This document shows, piece after piece, positions 60,741 to 64,000 of a DNA stretch of 64,000 bases. Position numbers and translations under genes: made by a program. This DNA comes from Hemiscyllium ocellatum. Lineage: Eukaryota. Where the stretch lies: NCBI RefSeq assembly GCF_020745735.1, contig NC_083409.1, forward strand, positions 18,000,341 to 18,064,340, read 5' to 3'. Each line of letters starts with the position of its first letter. The first letter of the stretch is position 1. The notes under the pieces were generated by a model. The model was given only the letters and a program-made list of their open reading frames with translations, was not told the DNA's origin and made no database searches.

Positions 60741-61321
60741 TGTTCATAAACATGGAAACATATGGAATTATAGAGTCTTAGAGCCATCGAGTCCTACAGC
60801 ACAGAGACAGGCCCTTTGGCCCAAACTGGACCGTGCTGACCAAAATGTCCATCCACACTAACCCCATTTCCCTGCACTTGGCCCATATCCTTCAAATGTT
60901 TTCCTATCTATGTATTTGTTCAAATGTCTTTTAAATGTTGTTAATGTATCTACCTCAATCACTTCAGCTGGCATCTCATTCCACATGCTTGCCACCCTCT
61001 GTGTAAAAATGTTGCCCCTCAGGTTCCCTTTTATTCATTCCTCTCTAACACAAAACTGATGCCCTCTCATCCTCGTTTCCCCAACCCTATCCATGTCTCT
61101 CATGATCTTATACACTTCTAAAAGTTCCCCCACCAGTCTCCTACGCTCGAAGAAAAAAGTCCAAATTGCCTAACTTCCCCCTATAACTCAGATTGTTGAG
61201 TCCAGGCAACATCCTTGCAAATTTCTTCTGTACTCTTTCTGGTTTAGTAATATCCTTCCTATAACAAGGTGACCAAACTGAATACAATATTCCAAGTGTG
61301 ACCTCACTGACATCCTGTACA

Positions 61322-61480
61322 AGATTAGAGATTAGATTCCCTCCAGTGTGGAAACAGGTCTTCGGCCCAACCAATCCACACCGACCCTCTGAAGAGTAAC
61401 CCACCTAGACCCATTTCCTCTGACTAATGTACCTAAGACTATGGCCAATTTAACATGGCCAATTCACCTGACCTGCACAT
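61322..61480 (-). mobile_element. HE1-like SINE 3' part within a minus-strand CR1
   Basis: Reverse-complement match to the HE1 tail and core. Confidence 0.75.
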
Positions 61481-62299
61481 CAAACTTACTAATCATGCCT
61501 TACAGATTCTCATCCAAATCATTAATCTTGATAACAAACAGTAATGGGGCCCGCACTGAGCCCTGAGGCTCTCCACCCAACACAGGCCTCCAGTCTGACA
61601 AGCATCCTTCCAATATTACCTCTGCTTCCTATCATCAAGACAGTGACAGAAAAGTATTTGTCTTTGGTGAGGAATTAGTTTGGAGGTAGGAGACAGAGAA
61701 GGGGGATAATGTGCGTGCTCTCTAATGAACAAGATGTGAATAGTGGTGTCCCCAGGGATTTGTGCAGGGGCCTCAGTATTTCACAATATTTCTCAATGAC
61801 TTCGATGAAGGAATAGAGAGCCAATTATCCAAGATTGCTGACTACACGGAGTGAGGCAGCGTGGAGGAAGTTACAGAGATAGGGAGAGTGGAAGGCAGAG
61901 AGGGATTTGAGAACAAGGATGAGAATTTGAAAATCGAGGTGTTGCTTGACCAGGAGCCAATATAGGCACGGGGTGCAGGGGGTTGTGGGAACGGGCCTTG
62001 GTGCAAGTTTGGATACAGGCTGCAGAATTTTGGATGAGCTGAAGGATACGGAGGGCAGTGGCTGTGATGTGCATCAGCCATTGGAATGGTCATGTTTGGA
62101 GCCCCATAAACCTGGCTGAGATTTTCAGTGGCTGATCTTTGTGATATGAAAGATATGGGGCTTAGATGATTCTCAAACATGAGACCCAGTTTGTAAAGAG
62201 TCTGGTTGAGCAGCAGATAGTGCTCAGGGGGAGGGATGGAGTTTATAACAGGATCTGAAGAGGATGGCTTTGATCTTCCCAATATGTTTCACAATGAGC

Positions 62300-62550
62300 T
62301 TGGCTCCTCAGTCCTGACTGCTCTTAGCTGCTGTGATTGTCACTGATCGTACACTTATTATTAGAGATTCTGACCACAGCAGAAAGCCCCAGTGTAAAAA
62401 ATAACTGCAAAGACTGTCAGATCGCAAGGTTGAAACTTCACAAAAAAGAGGAAGTGAAAGAAGGAGCTCGGAGCAGCTGGGTGTTTGTTACTGAGACGGG
62501 AGAAAACTGTGAACCATCTTCACTCCCTGGAATCTGACAGCACAGGAGGC
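62300..62550. promoter_or_regulatory. Candidate B-lineage enhancer, copy 2 (inverted)
   Basis: Runx ACCACA (62373-62378), GAGGAAGTGAAA (62448-62459), CAGCTG (62474-62479) and TGTTTGT (62482-62488). Confidence 0.55.
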
Positions 62551-62719
62551 TGGTTCTAGGATTTATTTTTTGCAGAAACAGCACAGTTTTGGAAAAGGTG
62601 TCAGTCACTCTCTCACAAACACACACGCCTGCACTCGGAGATCAGAAACAGAATCCAGCAGCAGCTCTGTCTCCAAGCTGTGAAACCTGCACAGAATTGT
62701 TCCCTCATTCAGTTTATAA

Positions 62720-63240
62720 CTGGCAGGATAGACCAAGCAGGGGAGGCAACACAGTGGTGTGTACAGTCAGAAAGGAGTTGCCCTGGGAGTCCTCACCATT
62801 AACTATGGAACCCATGAAGCCTCATGACAGCAGGTCAAACATGGGGAAGGAAACCTCCTGCTGATTACCACATAGCACCGCCCTCCCCTCCAACCTCAAC
62901 TGAGCAGTCAGTCCTCCTCCATGTTGAACAACACTTGGTGGGAGCACTGAGGGAGGGAATGATGCCGGATATACCCTGAGTAAGGGACTTCAAAGCCCAC
63001 CATCAAGAGCTGCTCAGAAGCATCACTACTGAGCAAGCTGGTCAAGTCCACCTGATTCAGATGCTCGACTGGACCTGGGACAGGGGGTGAGGCAACCAAC
63101 AAGAGGGAAAAACATACTCACTATCACCCTCACCAACCTGCCTGCTGTTGGTGTATCTGTCCATGACAGTATCAGTAAGAGTGACCGCCGCACAGTCCGT
63201 GTGGAGACAAAATCCTGTCTTCCCTTTGAGATTATCTTAC
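62720..63240 (+). mobile_element. LINE AP-endonuclease fragment
   Basis: Same-strand homology to ~39030-39560. Confidence 0.7.
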
Positions 63241-64000
63241 ATTCTGTTGGGCAAGAGATATGGAATGTCAGAAAGAACTTTGATTTTAGCAGGAATTGGC
63301 AAAGTCTTGGAAATTAGTGCCCATTCAGGTGAGACAGGTGAAGACACTCAGTGATTGCAATGGCAGATTGGATGGGCTCTTGATGGAAATAAACCTGCAA
63401 GGCCCTGGGGGTCGAGTAGGGGAGGGGGTGGGACTGACTGGATTGCTCCATGAAATGACAGCATTTCCCTGACAGGCTGAATGTTCCCCCCTGTGCTGGA
63501 AATAGGTCTCACTCAATGAGGGATTCACAATTAGAGAGTTTGGATGCAGTAAATACAGGACAAATTGTTTCTCCAGGCAGGAGGGTCAGTAACCCAAGGG
63601 CACACATTTCAGAAAGAGTCGAAAGCACAAGAGAGAAGATAGGAACATTTTTTATCCAGCGAGTTCATGATGACTGTCTGCAAGGTGAGTGGAAGTGGAT
63701 TCAACAGCAACTTTGAAAAGGGCATTTGGAGAAATAGCTGAAAAGGAAATAATTGCAGGGTTATCCAGGAAGGGCTGGGGAAATGGGACTCATTGGACTC
63801 ATTTGACTAACAGTCACAATCAGCCCAGTGACCTCTGTCTGTGCTATTTTAGAGCTTACACACACTTAGACTCACCTTTACACAAAGACTGGGAGAAACA
63901 GACAACCCAGTTTACAGAAGAGTGTTTTCTCAAGGGAAACTCTCTTGAACCAACTCAAGGAACAGGCCAGACTAGATTTACTGATGAGGAAGAATTCAGC

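Noticed and set aside
62720-63240. Homology to 39030-39560 as an extension of the segmental duplication
   Set aside because: It is in the same orientation (not inverted), and a third copy exists at 8630-8772, so it is a dispersed LINE family.

Overview
This is vertebrate genomic DNA from a shark: HE1-type V-SINEs, CR1 LINEs and Penelope-like elements (PLEs) dominate, and an orectolobiform such as a bamboo shark is likely but only inferred. Most of the window is decayed retroelement. It contains one complete, unrearranged, apparently functional immunoglobulin kappa-type (type III / NS4-like) light-chain cluster on the minus strand: leader 35968-35920, V 35733-35435 with a perfect 12-RSS, J 34931-34897 with a 23-RSS, an 11.4-kb J-C intron, and C 23512-23184. 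The strongest non-obvious observations are four. (1) A ~250-bp non-repeat module is present twice in inverted orientation (41110-41360 and 62300-62550). Both copies keep an Ets-IRF composite element, an E-box, a forkhead motif and a Runx motif, and the module is visibly better conserved than the co-duplicated flanking repeats, making it a candidate shark IgL cluster enhancer. (2) An inverted orphan C-kappa copy (8795-9583) was disabled by a 308-nt deletion with 3-nt microhomology. (3) Many small PLE-derived fold-back insertions have 7-14-bp target-site duplications and carry hammerhead-ribozyme cores of three sequence families, including a ~410-bp palindrome with two intact, opposed hammerheads. 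(4) There are relics of a retrovirus-type RT and of a Gypsy element with Gmr1-like domain order. All alignments and counts were done by eye, and repeat boundaries are approximate.
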